This document shows positions 63,736 to 64,000 of a stretch of DNA of 64,000 nucleotides, piece after piece; the stretch's first letter is position 1; every line of letters begins with the position of its first letter. The translations under genes were made by a program, and so were the position numbers. Where the stretch lies: contig NMRA01000290.1 of the NCBI GenBank assembly GCA_002633005.1, positions 60,676 through 124,675 on the forward strand. The letters run 5' to 3'. The notes under the pieces are model-generated. The model was not told the DNA's origin. It was given only the letters and a program-made list of their open reading frames with translations, and made no database searches. This stretch comes from Phoronis australis (Eukaryota > Animalia > Phoronida).

Positions 63736-64000
63736 TTTTATGCGCCCACATATATATATGTGGACGCATTATGCCGTCATCTCTGTCCGTCCATCCGGGC
63801 GGCGTCCGTCCGGCGTCTGGCGTCCGGCGTCCGCTGCTCTATCTCCAAAACCCTTTGACATACGTTCATGAAATTTGACACATATGTTCCATTCATGAAT
63901 GGGACGGCATGTGCGAACTTTCGGACGGATCCGACTACCGGTGTGCCCCCTAGTGGCAATTTTAGTTTTTTACGCTTACCTTTGTATCTTCAAAAGTCCT
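63736..64000 (+). mobile_element. HINE/Helentron-like (DINE-1/pearl type) non-autonomous element, 5' part
   Basis: Poly-T start, hairpin ATGCGCCCACATAT..ATATGTGGACGCAT, (GTCC/GGCGTCC) microsatellite, then a CCCCTAGTGGCAATTT unit. Decayed versions of that unit occur near 46530, 47470 and 58105. Confidence 0.65.

Overview
Eukaryotic, AT-rich, repeat-rich animal (probably invertebrate) genomic DNA from a heterozygous draft assembly; no prokaryotic genes or CRISPR. Four protein-coding loci can be read. (1) An intronless NAT8/camello-type membrane GNAT acetyltransferase (+, about 2321-3010). (2) The last two exons of a FAAP24-like helix-hairpin-helix protein (+, 24456-24487 and 25266-25346), absent from the ORF track, with no upstream exons found in the window. 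(3) A complete 11-exon LRP12/LRP3/LRP10-family receptor (-, 41744 to 30572, 761 aa; CUB-LDLa2-CUB-LDLa3-TM-PPxY/DxxLL). (4) Head-to-head with it, at least 10 coding exons (1106 codons) of a NO VEIN-like gene that runs off the window end. Four near-identical duplications (about 5.6 kb, 0.7 kb, 0.36 kb and 0.6 kb) abut N/n joins and are probably two haplotypes placed in tandem. The rest is a mosaic of non-autonomous elements: a TA-flanked DNA-transposon family carrying a decayed HIRAN-like domain, foldback MITEs (one forms a 700-bp hairpin), tRNA-derived heads, Penelope-type minimal hammerhead relics, a HINE/Helentron-like element, and a modular CGTAATATTACG repeat field. All family assignments come from recalled motifs, not database searches.
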